A stretch of DNA of 64,000 nucleotides from Vicugna vicugna (lineage: Eukaryota): NCBI GenBank assembly GCA_013265495.1, contig MU058584.1, forward strand, positions 1,524,616 to 1,588,615, given 5' to 3'. The translations under genes and the position numbers were made by a program. Of the stretch, positions 1 through 12,610 are shown one piece after another. Numbering within the stretch: position 1 is the first letter of the stretch; each line of letters begins with the position of its first letter. The notes under the pieces were generated by a model. It did not search any database, was not told the origin of the DNA, and saw only the letters and a program-made list of their open reading frames with translations.

Positions 1-399
1 CAGGGTGCTGGGCTGAGCTAAGCTAAACCTTGATGAGTGGCTTTGTTGTGCTGTGGGGCTAGACCTTCGGTAATTTATCCACCCTGCTCTGGGGGAGATG
101 GACAAAGAATTAAAGGAACAATAAGTGGCTTTCCCACCATCACTATACATGGATGCTACAGAAAGCTGCCATGATGCCACAGAGCAGGTGGGTGCCTGAG
201 ATCCTTGATGAACCTCACAGGAAGACATGAGTTTTGGGTGCTGGACATCCTGGGGGTCGGGGCTAGAAAGGAGGAGGAAGACAGGACTAGTCCATTACAG
301 AGCATAATGCAGAGAGTGATGTGCGAGTCACTGCCTGGGACCAAAGCCAGGCAGAAAAAGCAATAGAGTCAATGGTCCAAAGGTCCTGGAGAGAGAACA

Positions 400-790
400 G
401 GAATCTACTGAGTAAAAATGAATGAAATATACCCACATATGCAACAGCAGTAATGACTATTACCATAAGCATTGTAGGAAAAAAGTCACAGGATAATGCA
501 CATGATTTCATTCATATAAATTTTACACCATGAAATCTAAAACTATATACTGTTTAATAATGCACACAAAGATGAAGTAAAATAATAATAAAACAACAAC
601 AAGGCAATGATTCCAAATAGTGACTACTAACTCCAGGGTTGGGGGTGGGATTGGAAAGAGTCATACAGGTAACTTCTAGTACGTTGATAATATCCTATTG
701 TTAAGCTGGGTTTTGGGTACATGGATTTTATTAATACGATTTAAACTATATAGGCATAGTAATGGGCTACTTTGTATGTAAAAATGTGTG
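400..790 (+). mobile_element. Old L1 (L1ME-like) 3' UTR fragment
   Basis: atgatttcattcatataaa...aactatatactgttt...gggattggaaagagtcatacagg...ttaagctgggttttgggtacatgg resembles L1ME 3' ends; boundaries approximate. Confidence 0.65.
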
Positions 791-1588
791 CATGTTCAGA
801 AACACACACACACGTGTATGTCCATAAACACGCACATATGTGTGTGTTTGCGCATCTAAGAGACTGAGAGATGAAAGCTTATGAGTCTCACTTTCAGCTG
901 GGAAGGGGAAAAGAAGCTGCAGGCTGGGAAATGCCCTGAGCCATAGAATATAGTTATGGCTCCTTTCATGGGGTGATTAGGGTTTTGTGCATGAGCAGGA
1001 AGAGAGCTATTATGATCAATGACCCATTCAGACCATAAAACATGAAGAGAGGAGGAGGAGAACCTGGAGGTAAACAGAAAAAAAAAAATAGAAAATGGAA
1101 CTTGAGTTTAGAAAGTGTTTTGTAACCCCTTCCCCCATAACCTCCTCCATCACAATCACCTGTTTCCTAAAGTTGAATAAAATAGGCATTTAATTTATAA
1201 TAAAGCCTGTACTTCCATGGCAGTTAGTAGACACTCTGAAATTTAATCAATCAATCAATCAATTAATTAATAAATTAGACATTTAATGTTGATTGAGACT
1301 TTGTTTTCAAAGCACAGGCTGGTTGGTGTATATTGTATTCTGGAAACTCATCATCAGTGTCCCAGGAGGACAGAAAGAACTTGGGAATTGTTAGCATCAA
1401 GATTTGGGACAGGGATCTGTGGAAGCCTGGCCTTGATCCTTAAAGAGACCGTTGGCAGATTCCATACTGAGTGTGCAAGGAATTTGGCAAAAACAGACTT
1501 GTTTGGCTTAAATATGGCTATTGGATTGCATGGTGGGGTCCCATTTAGCAGGCGGGGCACAGAAGTGCCAAGAATTATACAGACTCTG

Positions 1589-1820
1589 ATGTTACACCCT
1601 ACTTGCTGACAAATCAGTCTTCTCTAGCTTCAAGGATGCTTGTAGTAGATACGAGACTCCCGGGTCAGAGATAAGACTGAATATTCACAGCAGTAGCAGT
1701 AGCCAGAGCATCAGCATTTCTGCTGGACTCCCTGATGCCCAGTTCCCGCAAGGCAGTGCAAAGAGGGCCAGGTGTCACCTGTACATGCAGAGGGTTGTGA
1801 AATGGAAGAGATTCTGAGCT
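1589..1820 (-). mobile_element. ERVL-class LTR fragment (MER74/MER54/LTR53-like)
   Basis: tgttacaccctact...gatgcttgtagtagatacgagactcccgggtcagagataagac resembles this LTR group; cut off by the adjacent MLT1A. Confidence 0.55.
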
Positions 1821-2172
1821 TAATCCATTTTGGTTCATTAACAGAATATAGTAGATGGGTGGTTTATAAACAACAGAAACTGATTTTTCTCAATTTTGGA
1901 GCCTAGGAAGTCCAAAATCAAAGTGCCACCAGATTCAGTATCTGGTAAAGATCCATTCTCGCTTCACAGATGACTACATTTTGCTGTAACTTCACATGAC
2001 AAAGGGACAAGTGAGCTCTCTTGGCCGCTTTCATAAGGGCATTAATTCCATTCATTAGGGCTCTGCCCTCATGACCTAATCACTTCTTAAAGTGTCCATC
2101 GCTTAATTCCATCATTTTGGGGATTAAGATTTTAACACATGAATTTGGAAAAGGAGACACCAATATGCAGAG
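1820..2172 (-). mobile_element. MaLR solo LTR (MLT1A-like)
   Basis: ggtggtttataaacaacagaaa...ggaagtccaaaatcaaagtgcc...gccctcatgacctaatcac...aacacatgaatttgg. Confidence 0.85.
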
Positions 2173-3231
2173 GAAGGCAAGAAGCAATGGAAAGAGATAG
2201 GGAGAAAAAAAAATTTCAAACCTAGAGAAGAGACAAATAGAGGTTTGGCGTTATAAAAACTGTGAGAACCTTTGCCTGTAGCTTTGGGGTCCATAGGAGA
2301 CGACAGTACCTGCAGGTTTCACATGATTCATTTGGAGAAGCTGCATCAGGGTTCCCAGCTTCAGAAAAGTTTCCCATTTGCAAACAAGGCATCAAGGAAG
2401 CTCAAGCACTGAACTCAACATGACCATGCAGGTTGGGCCAATGGCTCTCTCAATGCTAATTAATTTGTCTTAATAACTGGAAAGCTATTGCCTAGTGTGT
2501 TCTTCTGGGCAAGGCATCCCAGGACCTTTGCACAGTCTTGGATATTTGAAAGAGTATAGTAAGATCTGAAGTTTGATTTCTTTCTGTCTGAAGGCTGGAG
2601 GCTTGGAGCCCAGATTTAATTTAAAGAAAATGAAACCAGCAACCATTTATTGTTTGTTGATTTTGTGATTTAAGAATGAGATCTGTTACATAGTAAGAAA
2701 GTAGGTAGAAAATGCTGTAACTTTGATTTTACAGAGGTAAATACTGCTCAAATCTGTTTCCCAAGATTGTAGGTCTGTTGGTAGCAAACTATTCCAGATG
2801 CATCCAGATAAGATTCGAGAACTTCTATATTGCTTAACCTTGTCAGTGTGGTTTAGACTTAAAGTGTATTTGAGCCTGGGAATAATCTACCGATCCACCT
2901 GTAGGAAAGCAAGCGCAAAGACGAAACTGATAAAGGCAAAGACCAAAGGATTTTTCCCTGTGGCTTTCATATCTACCAACAATTTCAGGTCTGGAATATC
3001 TGAGAATTGGTTCAAAGCTATTTTTCATACTTCAGGGAAATGCTGTAGTTAGCGTGGGTATGAATCAACCAAACCCAGATCACTCTTCAGAAGATGGTAC
3101 AATCTGATGGTTTAAAACATTCTGGGGCCACAAAAATCTTTGAAATTCTCACGAAAGCTATGGCTTCTTTTTTGGCTTGAATTGCTTGAAATTTTGGAGT
3201 TTTGAAAGTCCCTTGATAAATAAACCTCATT

Positions 3232-3390
3232 CAGTAAGGCTTCTCAAACTTTAGTGTGTCTTTGGAACACTTTTATATCCTGAAACCAGAGTTCATTGGG
3301 TCTAGAAGGAATCTGAACCTAAACATTTCAGAAATAATTGATAATTCTGATGCAATTGAGCCATGTACTGCACTTTGCAGAAGAATGTTC
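3232..3390. mobile_element. hAT-Charlie MITE (MER5-like)
   Basis: cagtaaggcttctcaaactttagtgtg...ataattctgatgca...cactttgcagaa. Confidence 0.6.
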
Positions 3391-4629
3391 TCAAAATTTG
3401 TCACCCCACAAATAAGGAACCATTGTCTAAATGCTAAAGTGCTGTAGGAGACTATGGGCACGTGCTCTTCCCACGTCAAGTCTCCTCTCCCTTTTGTATG
3501 TGACCCAGTATATTCACTGATTAGAGTTAGATTCCAAAGTAATCCTAGCTCAAGCTAGAGCTGGTGAAGTTTTATGAGAGAATCAGGTGTGCTAATGCTG
3601 GGTGATTATCTTTCTCATGACTTCCAGGTAGGGGAGACCCTATTTCCTCACCAAATGTATTTGAGTTGGAGGGCACATGGAAACCCGAGATCTGAACTTC
3701 CATCCAATTCACTCCCTCTTTCAACCTCAGCAATAGAAATGCGGTTAGTTTGCTAACATGAGAGTCCAAAGGGAAAATAAATCTATTCTTTCAGTTCTCA
3801 TTTACCTTGAACCTAGGAGCTGGCAGTGGTTCACCAATTTTCTGCAAAGAATTCTGCTCTATTGTGAGTCCAGCTGCATGGACTTCACTGTCCTATAATC
3901 ACATCTTCATAGGCAGCCACGCCAACGATTGTGTGGAGCAGCCCCTGAGCCATGATTACCCTGCAATGATTATTTGTGGTTTTGTCAGTCATTTCCTAAA
4001 ACTGGATCTTCCTGGCATCTCCCCACCCCATGTTGTGCTGTGTGAGTTGCAGCTGCATGGCTAGAGCTTACATCTGTCTCCAGCGCACATTCATTGTGTT
4101 TATATCAGGGACAATCCTGTGATTTTCTTTATTTATTCAGTGGGCAGTTACAATAATAGGATGTAATAGGATGTAATGTGAAGAAGTTGAAATGCCTAAG
4201 GAGAAAGGTTAAAAATAAATAAGAACACTGATAAAGATATCACTGGATGGCGATGTGTAAGTCTTGCTTTAGCTTGCTGTTATTTTTAAGTTTATTCTGA
4301 GAGGATTGAGCATGAGGTGTGGAACAATTCAGCATGGCTGATTAGAAAGGTCCAGAACCAGAAACCTTGCTATGCAGCACGGTTCTGACAGATAACTTCT
4401 AATTGTCAAGCAAGAAGTTAAATGAGACAGGGCTGAATGGATCAGGCAGGAAGCACAGGATTTCTAGTCCAGAGACAGTATTTGGGAAATTGGCCAAGGC
4501 AGAAAATGTGAGCTAAGTACTGCATAGGAAAGATTGACACAGGATATCAGAAATTGCTCAAGAAACACACTAACAGTTTAAGGCCACCAAGTTGAATACT
4601 GATCCTAAGATAATGCTGATTTTCCTTGC

Positions 4630-4800
4630 TCATTAATTCATTTCTTCATCCATTGATTCATTTTATAAACATTTATTGGGTACCCACTGTTTGGTAGGTT
4701 CTGTAATAAGCGCCATGCATACAGTGGTGAATAAGGCAGACAACTTTCCTCACTTCATGGACTCTGGAATCAATCATGGAAAAGAGAGGATTAAAAAGTA
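4630..4800 (-). mobile_element. L2 3' end
   Basis: attcatt...aacatttattgggtacccactg...acagtggtgaataaggcagac...cttcatggactc. Confidence 0.7.
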
Positions 4801-5368
4801 TATTTAGAATAAAGTATGAGAATAGAGAAAATAAATAACATTTATCTATTCAGTAAATATAAAGTTTCCAGCAAGGAGACCTAATTTAAGTTAGGGTTTT
4901 GGGAAAAGTGTAGGCAAAAGTAAAGTTTAATAATCTAAAAGACAAATAGGAATTTTTGAATTGCAAGAACAGGATGGTAGAGAGAAAAAAAGTTGGATTT
5001 GGAAAGCCAAAGAAGTGAAGTAAGTGTGTTCCAGACATAACAAATAGTATTGCCCAATAGTTGAGAGATTTAGAATTTTCAAGGACTGAAAGATTACCGT
5101 GGTTGAGACATAGTTTGCATCAAAGATAGTTTGAAAGAATAAAATTAGAGAAGCCAAAATTCAAATCATAGAGTTACTTTTTATCCATTCAATGAATCTG
5201 GTTTTTAATTCAACAAATCCCTCACGTAAAAAAAAAAAAAGTCTATTGAGTGTAAGAATAAGAAGATGAATTTTACTTAACTACCACTTTATATTATCAC
5301 AAGGCTATTGTTATGTATTATTGCAACATATTACAAAAAGACTTGAAAGCATGTTACAGTGAACACCA

Positions 5369-5454
5369 GTATGACAGGCAGAACAACGGCCCACCAAAGG
5401 TATCCATGCTCTAAGCCCTGGAACCTGTGAGTATGCTATGCTATATGGCAAAAG

Positions 5455-5486
<32 letters not shown>

Positions 5487-5670
5487 TCTTTACAAGAAGA
5501 ATTAAGGACTTTAATATGGGGAGATTATGCTTATGGGGAGATTATGCTGGATTATCCTGGTGAGTCCGATGTAAACACATGGGCCCTTAAAAATGAAAGA
5601 GAAGGGAAAGTAGATGAGTTAATCAGATAAGATGGTAGAAGTAGGAGGGATTTGAAACAGGAAGGGGTTT
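5369..5670 (+). mobile_element. MaLR LTR (MLT1D-like), 5' part, with expanded poly-A
   Basis: ggcagaacaacggcccaccaaagg...ccctggaacctgtgagtatg...gggagattatgctggattatcctgg; 17-bp tandem duplication tatggggagattatgct at 5515-5548. Confidence 0.8.
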
Positions 5671-6957
5671 TACTTAAGAGTAAAACCCATGGTAAATTTA
5701 ATAAATATTGAAATCAGACAGTGTTTATTCTTCAATTTTGTTCTTTTTCAAAAATATCCTTGTAAACAGTTCATTTGCCTCTGTACTTTACTATATTGCA
5801 TTTTTATTATTCAGCTGAAAAATTTTTATAATGTATCATTTTACTTCTTTTGTCCATGAGTTATTTAGAAGTATATTGTTTAATATTCAAATGCTTAGGG
5901 ATTTTAAAATAGCTATCTTTCAAAATCTAGTAATAAAGATTTCCAGCTTAATTCCTTTGTGGTCAGAAAATATTCTCCATTTTATCTCAAAAAGTTAAAA
6001 AATTAAATGGACTTGTTTATGGTCCAGTATGCAGCGCATCTTTGCGAATGTACCATGCGCACTTAAAAGAATGCATTCCATAGTTATGGGGGTAAGTTTC
6101 TAATGCAAACAAGGCAATAGTTATTATTTATTTGGATCATTATTTCTCTTCAGCCTGAAGAACTTCTTCAGTATTTCATGTAGTGTAGGTTTTAGATTTC
6201 TTTTATCTAAATATCTTTATTTTTCCTTCATTTTCAAGAAGTCTTTTTGCCACATGTAAAATTTTGGATGGGTGGTTTTTCTTTCAGCATTTTGAAAACA
6301 TTATTTTTTACCTTCTGGCTTCCACAGTCTCTGATCAGAAATTGGCTCTTAATTCATTTGTTGCTTCTCTTTCTGTAATGTTTAATTTTTCTTTTAACAC
6401 CTTCAAGATTTACTCTCCATCTCTGTATTTTAATGATTGACTGTGATATGCCTAGTTATGACTTTTTCATGTGCATTTTGCTTGATGGTTATTGTGTACC
6501 TTGAAATAGTAAATTTAAGTCTTGAATCAAATTTTGGAAAATATTTTTTCCAAGTATTTTCTAAAATATTTTCTTGTCCCATTGTATCACTTCTCTATTT
6601 CTAAGACACTAATTACACATATGTTAGAAAATTTTATGTTATCTAATAGTTCCTTGAAGTTCTATTTTTTATATATATTTATTCTCAATGTTCTTCATGT
6701 GAATGAGATTTCTATTGATCTAGCTTAACATCAACTGAAACGTTCCCTGTTATCTCCATTCAGTGTTTAAAAAAGCGATTACAATATTGTATTTCTCTTT
6801 TTCATTTGGTTCCATTTTATTTTTTCTATTTATCTTCCACCATTACCTTTTTTCATATATCCCAAGTCTATTTTCCTTTGGAAAATTTTATTTTATTAAC
6901 CACTTGGAAATTCTTGTCTGCTAATCTCAATATCTAGATAATTATAGAATTGGCCTT

Positions 6958-7199
6958 TATTTTTTATTGATTTATAATAATTTTACAATGTTGTGTCAAA
7001 TTCCAGTGTAGAGCACAATTTTTCAGTTATACATGAACATATATATATATTCATTGTCACTTTTTTTCTATGTGAGCTACCATAAGATCTTGTATATATT
7101 TCCCTGTGCTATACAGTATAATCTCGTTTATCTATACTACGTTTTGAAATCCCACTCTATCCCTTCCCACCCCCCACCCCCTTGGCAACCACAAGTTTG
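6958..7199 (-). mobile_element. Young camelid-type L1, 5'-truncated (3' UTR only), with TSD
   Basis: ttttacaatgttgtgtcaaattccagtgtagagcacaatttttcagttatacatg; flanked by tatagaattggcctt (6943-6957) and tatagaattggtctt (7200-7214); reverse-complement match to the copy at 17871-18047. Confidence 0.9.
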
Positions 7200-7444
7200 T
7201 ATAGAATTGGTCTTAGTTATTTTTCTTTTCTCTTAAGACTAGGTTCCAGTTTCATATGTAAAGTAATTTTGGATTATATCCTGGGTGTTGTGAATATTAA
7301 GTTGTTGAAATTCTGGATTCTATTCTTTTTTCTCTAGTAAGTATTGATTCTTTTGTTTTAATAGGCATTTAACTTAGTTGTACATAAACTGCAAACTCTC
7401 CTTCAGATGATATTTTTCAATCTCAATACCAATATTCTGTCTTT

Positions 7445-7554
7445 TAAATTTTTTAGTTTTTTTTTCTTTTTATTTTAATGGAGGTACTGGAGATTGAATC
7501 AAGATCTTGTGGATGCTAAGCATGTGCTCTACCACTGAACTATTATCCTCCCCA
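7445..7554 (-). mobile_element. Camelid-type tRNA-derived SINE with TSD
   Basis: aatggaggtactggagattgaatc...gctaagcatgtgctctaccactgaact; poly-T tail; 14-bp TSD aatattctgtcttt at 7431-7444 and 7555-7568. Confidence 0.88.
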
Positions 7555-7964
7555 AATATTCTGTCTTTAGCTGAGCTTCTCTGCAATTGTTCAGAAGTCA
7601 GCCAAAGATTATTCAGACAGAATTCAGAAATCCCTCTTTGCTTTTTACCTTTGAAGGTAAATTTTACCCCCATGCAGTTGCCCAGACATTGTAGTCTGAT
7701 TACCTGAGCAAGAATGCCTGCCATTATCTCCCATTGGTAACTCCAGTACCTGTACCATTTTGACTGTGTTGGCCCTCATACTAAAAGCGGTAAATATGGG
7801 CAACTCTAGCCAGCTACCTCCTTTTAGCATGAACACACCAAAAGAAGCTCTTGTTTCTGTTCACTTTCTGGTGCTTTCAGATAGTTTCTTTTTTATTATG
7901 TCCGAAGTTTTACGGCAGAAACGCGTTGGTCCATTATGATCTTATTCATTACTGAAAGCAGAAA

Positions 7965-9835
7965 TCCTTTCTTTAAATTATTAATTATTTGCTTCCAGTG
8001 GTTGCTATTGGCATTGCAACATAAATATTTTCCTTTTCATAGTCAAAGTGAGATCATGTAGTTTGATTCCCTGTAAAGTGTAGAAATCAGTAACTATAAA
8101 AGTCTATTTGTCATGCTCCAAGTCCCTAATTCTTTATTCATCACAGATAGTAAATCTACATTCTTTATAATCCTAGAAGGTAATTTTGTTTAATGAAAAA
8201 GAATAAAAATTGATACATCTAATAATTTAATAAAATTACAAGAAAAAGTCTTTTATATTTACATGGATATTTAGTTTTTCATTTTGTTATATCATTTTCC
8301 ATCAGTCTGATAAATGTCCTTTTGCTTTTCCTATAAAGCAGATATACTCACAACAATTTTTCCTTCTTAGATAGTATTTTTGCAAGATACAGGTACCTTT
8401 TTGGGTAAACAGTGTTTGGGATTTTTGTTTGTTTGTTTTTGATTTCATCATGTTAAAGCTATTTATGCACTCTTTTCCACTGTCTCCTGACCTTCATAGT
8501 TTCCAATGAGAAGTCAGCAAAAGAATGACTCAGTTCTTCCAACATAAATAGACTCGTTTTCCCTGGCTGCTTTCTAATTTTTCTTTACATCTATGATTTG
8601 GCCAGTCTGGCTCTTATGTTACTAGGCAAGGGTTTTTTTAATATGTATTTTGCTTGAGATTGTTGCATCCTGAATATGTGAATATACATTCATCTTTCAT
8701 CAAAATGGAAAGTTTTCTACATGTATTTCCTAAAACACTTTCTGCCCCATTCTCTATATTCTCTGTTTTTTGGAATGACCGATAAAATGTGGTAGACATG
8801 TTGCTATCATTCCACAGGTCTCTAAAGCTCTATTCTCCTCTCCACTTCCCACAATGATTCTCCACTTTCTTCTTCAGATGAAGTAATTTCTATTGCTCTC
8901 TCTTCATTTTAACCAACTTGTTTTTCCTTCATTATGCTTATAAATCCATCCAGTGAATTTCTTTATTTTAGCCATTCTACTTTTTAATTCTGTAATTTCC
9001 ATTCTGTTCTTTTCTTATGTATATAGTTTATATTTCTTTCCTGAGATTTTCTATCATCATACAATTTATTATTAATGTATATTTTTCTTTATAGTATTGA
9101 GCATAGCTGCAATAGCCCCTTTAAAATTCTTGTTTCCTAATTCAAGTACTTGTGTGATCTTGTAGGTGGTCTCAGTTATTTATGGTTTTACTTGAGACTA
9201 AGTCACAATTTCCTACTTGTATTCATGACAAGTAATTTGAATTGTATCCCAGCCATTGTGAAAGTTATAGCATATAGATCTTAGCTTCTGTTCTATTCAC
9301 TCAAAACCTGTTGACGTTTTTGTTTCAATTGGCAATTCAATTGGTTGGGCTCAAATTCAAATTATTTGACTGGATAGCCATTCTAATCTGAGTTCAGATA
9401 TTTTGCCTTTGGTCAAGATATTTTGAGTCAGTTTCCTGCATGTATAGCTTAGAGTATAGGCAGTGAGTTGGGAAGAATTTGTACACAGAATTTGGGAGTG
9501 TCCCTCTCTGGGTCTCTCTTTTCTGAGTTTCCTCCTCACTTTCCAATGTTTACCTTACACTTTGGTCTCTAGTTCTTTAGCTCAGAAAGACTGGATTTTT
9601 ATCGGGGTTTTAGCTGCCTAACACAGCATTGACTCTGGCCAGCTATCAGGCTACAGCCTATAAAAATAGGAAAACCATCCCACATAGACCCTTTCTTCAA
9701 AAATATGTCTTCCTCTAAGAATTTATTTGCTTGGGTTCACTTTCCACTATCTTCATATTATTATTTTATACATTTTCTCTTATACTTTATAGTTGTCTTC
9801 TACATGAAATTAGGGTCTAGTAGAAGTGCACACAG
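7965..9835 (-). mobile_element. Second old L1M ORF1/5' UTR remnant
   Basis: Colinear similarity to 6100-7960, e.g. tttccaatgagaagtcagc, aaatccatccagtgaattt, aagtaatttgaattgtatccc. Confidence 0.75.
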
Positions 9836-9844
9836 TTGTCCTTT

Positions 9845-9960
9845 TTTGATAGATCAGGAAATGTATATCCATAGAGGTTAAGCAACTTGCTTTAGTTGCT
9901 GGTTAGTAAGTGGTGGAATAAAGACTTAAACCCAAAGCTCTGAGCTCAAAACCTATAAGA
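9845..9960 (-). mobile_element. MIR SINE fragment
   Basis: atagatcaggaaa...agaggttaagcaacttgc...agtaagtggtggaataaagacttaaaccc. Confidence 0.7.
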
Positions 9961-10529
9961 TCTTTTCATTGTGTTAATCTGCATATTGTTTCTGTCTTCC
10001 TGCTACAGGTGAGTGGCAATCAAGAGTGGAGGCTACAATTCCACAGAGAAATATATCTCCTGAGTCAGCTAGGAGTAGGCGGATAGCTTAGGTACTAATG
10101 ATGCCAAACTTAGTTATCCAGAGTACCAGAGGGTATGGAGAAGAAAAGGCAAATTATACATAATTCTGCTTGGCACTCCTAGGAATTACCCATCTACTTC
10201 CTTCCTTCCACATATTGACACTCCATTCTACCCACAATTATTTGAACTAGGCAATCTTTCTTGGATGCTGAAATATAAGATGCAAATATATGTATCAGAA
10301 AGTGTGTTTATCATTAATAGAAGGAGAAACATAGTAAGTTTGCTCATGAAGAGCAGGAAGATGGAGATAGACACAAAGAAGGGAAAAGGAACAAGAGAAA
10401 GAGAGATGAAGAAGAACAAGAGAAGAAGAGATGTACATAGTCAGCTCTCATGAGCTGAGCAGGCTCTGGCATACCACGGCTTACTACACAGATCATGCCA
10501 AGAATGCTAATTTTCAAACTAATATTGAC

Positions 10530-10749
10530 CAGAGATTGGCAAATTTTTTCAGGACAGGTCCAGATAGTCAATATTTTAGGCTCGCACTGCACATGGTCTC
10601 TGTTGCAACCACTCAGCTCTGCCATTGTAGTGCAAAAGAAGTTATAGACAATACATGAATGAATGAATGTAGATGTGCTCCAATAAAACATTTTTCATAA
10701 AAACAGATGAGAGCCGGATTTGGCCAATGAGCCATAGTTTGCTCACCCT
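10530..10749 (+). mobile_element. MER58A-like hAT-Charlie MITE, full length with TSD
   Basis: Terminal inverted repeats cagagattggcaaa and tttgctcaccct; internal ggtctctgttgcaaccactcagctctgccattgtag; 8-bp TSD atattgac (10522-10529) / atatagac (10750-10757). Confidence 0.9.
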
Positions 10750-12359
10750 ATATAGACTGTAAAACACATGTAAAACTCAAAATGAGTTCAACACAAGATA
10801 ATCTTTCTTTAGAAGTTCAAAAGACCCTTTGAGATCTTGCTATACCTGTTATGCAGGACTATGAACATCTGAGATTACTGTGCTGTCAATGCATGGAATT
10901 GTGGGTTAAAGGGGGTTTAAGCCGATAAAATGCAGTCTAATAAAATGTTTACTCAATTATATTGTTTAGGGAACTGAAGTGTGTTTCTATCAGATATACT
11001 GATTCTGTCACACTACAAGATGTGAAAAGACTAGGGGAAAATGTGAAAGGCTGGTAAAATCGCCAGGGGTCTGACTCACGTTGAACCTATCTGCAAGCTT
11101 ATTTACATGATGTATGAATCATTTATCATAAATATGTAATTCTTAGTGAGCATGTGCATGAGTCTCTCTTGCCAAATTCTCACCCCTAGCAAAAGCCGAC
11201 TTCAGAACCATGTGATTAGTATGTCTCACTGGTAGCATGTCAGTGATCAAGTGTGACAGATAGCACTATATCAGAGGGGCTGTGGAATTCCAAGCACTTT
11301 AAAGGATCTGGTCCCAGCAAAGCATCTCTGAAAAAGCCAGGCCCAAGACTGGTTGAACTAGGGTTCTATTCATTTTCAGCTCACTACTCTCCCCCAAAGG
11401 ATCAGCTCTCTTACAGTTTAGTCCTGGAACTCCTTGGTGGAGAAGGAGCTTTGAGTTTAATAGTTTCCCACACTTCAGTGCCATACTTGTTTCCTAGGAA
11501 CTTGGTAACAGACAAAAGGACCATGATGTAAAGGCTCTAATGTGCTTAGCGATTGTTAAAAAGCACTTAACATTCCACGCTCACCATGTAAGTATTGGAT
11601 GAACAACTCAGTCATCAATTCAGTGAAGGTTGCCCTGCCCCTTCATTATGTGCCGTGTTGACTTGATAACAGTGAAACCATATATATCAGCAAGAAGGCT
11701 CAGCCCTTACTCCTCCTTTAGTACACATGGCCAGCCGAGTCTTAACAAGTCCCCCAGGAACCTGTGTTTGGGGCAAATTCCTCTGTGAATCATGATAGGA
11801 CTTGATGTTTCAGTAACACCCCTTTATTAAGGAACTTGCACTTTACTTAGGTTTATCTTCTTAAACACCAGAGCCTCTCAGTGCAGCATGTAGGGAGCCA
11901 ATCTCTCTCAAATGTGGGAAAGCTGAGGCTTCAGAAAGGGGAAAAAGACTTGCCAAGAGTTGTTATGTCATTCATTAGGGAGAAGGAGATTAGAATTTAG
12001 GTTGCTGTGGGAGTGATGGTCATGGCCACAGCTAGAAACGTTTTTCCCTGAGAAATAACCTGAAATCTTCACAGGCATTTAACCTCAGGGCCAAAACCCT
12101 GATTGTCTCATTAAATTGTTAGCAATTCCCCGAGGGGAACTTCTTTTTCATTTGTGCCTTGACCTGGAGGCCTGAGACTGGGGGGCCATAAATCCTGTGG
12201 GGAAAAGTTTATCTAGTAGAGAGAGGTACCTCTCTTCCCTGAGATAGACCAGAGTTGGGTCATGGAGAGGTCTCAGAGTGCCCGTCAGGCCCACCCTAGG
12301 TAAAAGATAAAAGTGTCCCGGAATGTAGCATGTGATCTTTTTTTTGAAACTTCTGATAG

Positions 12360-12610
12360 TTGCGTTTGAAAGGGCACCATGACGTGTGGTCAGGGGGTGA
12401 GGGGGCAGGGGGGAGAAATGCAATGGATCTGAATTTTGGAGCTAAATTCATGTGCGTGTCATATTTTACATAGTAAAACATGGCGGTCCAAAACCGCATG
12501 CAAATCAGTCTGATGACAGTGGAGTTGTAGACTCTTTAATCTGAGCCTTCCCTTGGGATTAACGGCTTCCCCTAGGAAAGCTGAGTCATGCAGTGTCAAG
12601 CTTTTAACTT
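12360..12610. promoter_or_regulatory. Candidate enhancer (YY1, octamer, EBF and AP-1 motifs)
   Basis: aacatggcgg, atgcaaat, tcccttggga and tgagtca within ~115 bp. Confidence 0.4.

Larger units (their letters stand above)
5700..7965 (-). mobile_element. Old L1M element (ORF2 start, ORF1 and 5' UTR remnant), interrupted by younger L1 and SINE insertions
   Basis: T-rich antisense L1: ttcagcctgaagaacttc, ttttctttcagcattttgaa, ccttctggcttccacagtctctgatcagaaa, gtaattttggattatatcctgg. Confidence 0.75.

Noticed and set aside
826..849. Near-perfect 24-bp palindrome aaacacgcacatatgtgtgtgttt
   Set aside because: A by-product of adjacent (CA)n and (TG)n microsatellites; too short for a pre-miRNA.
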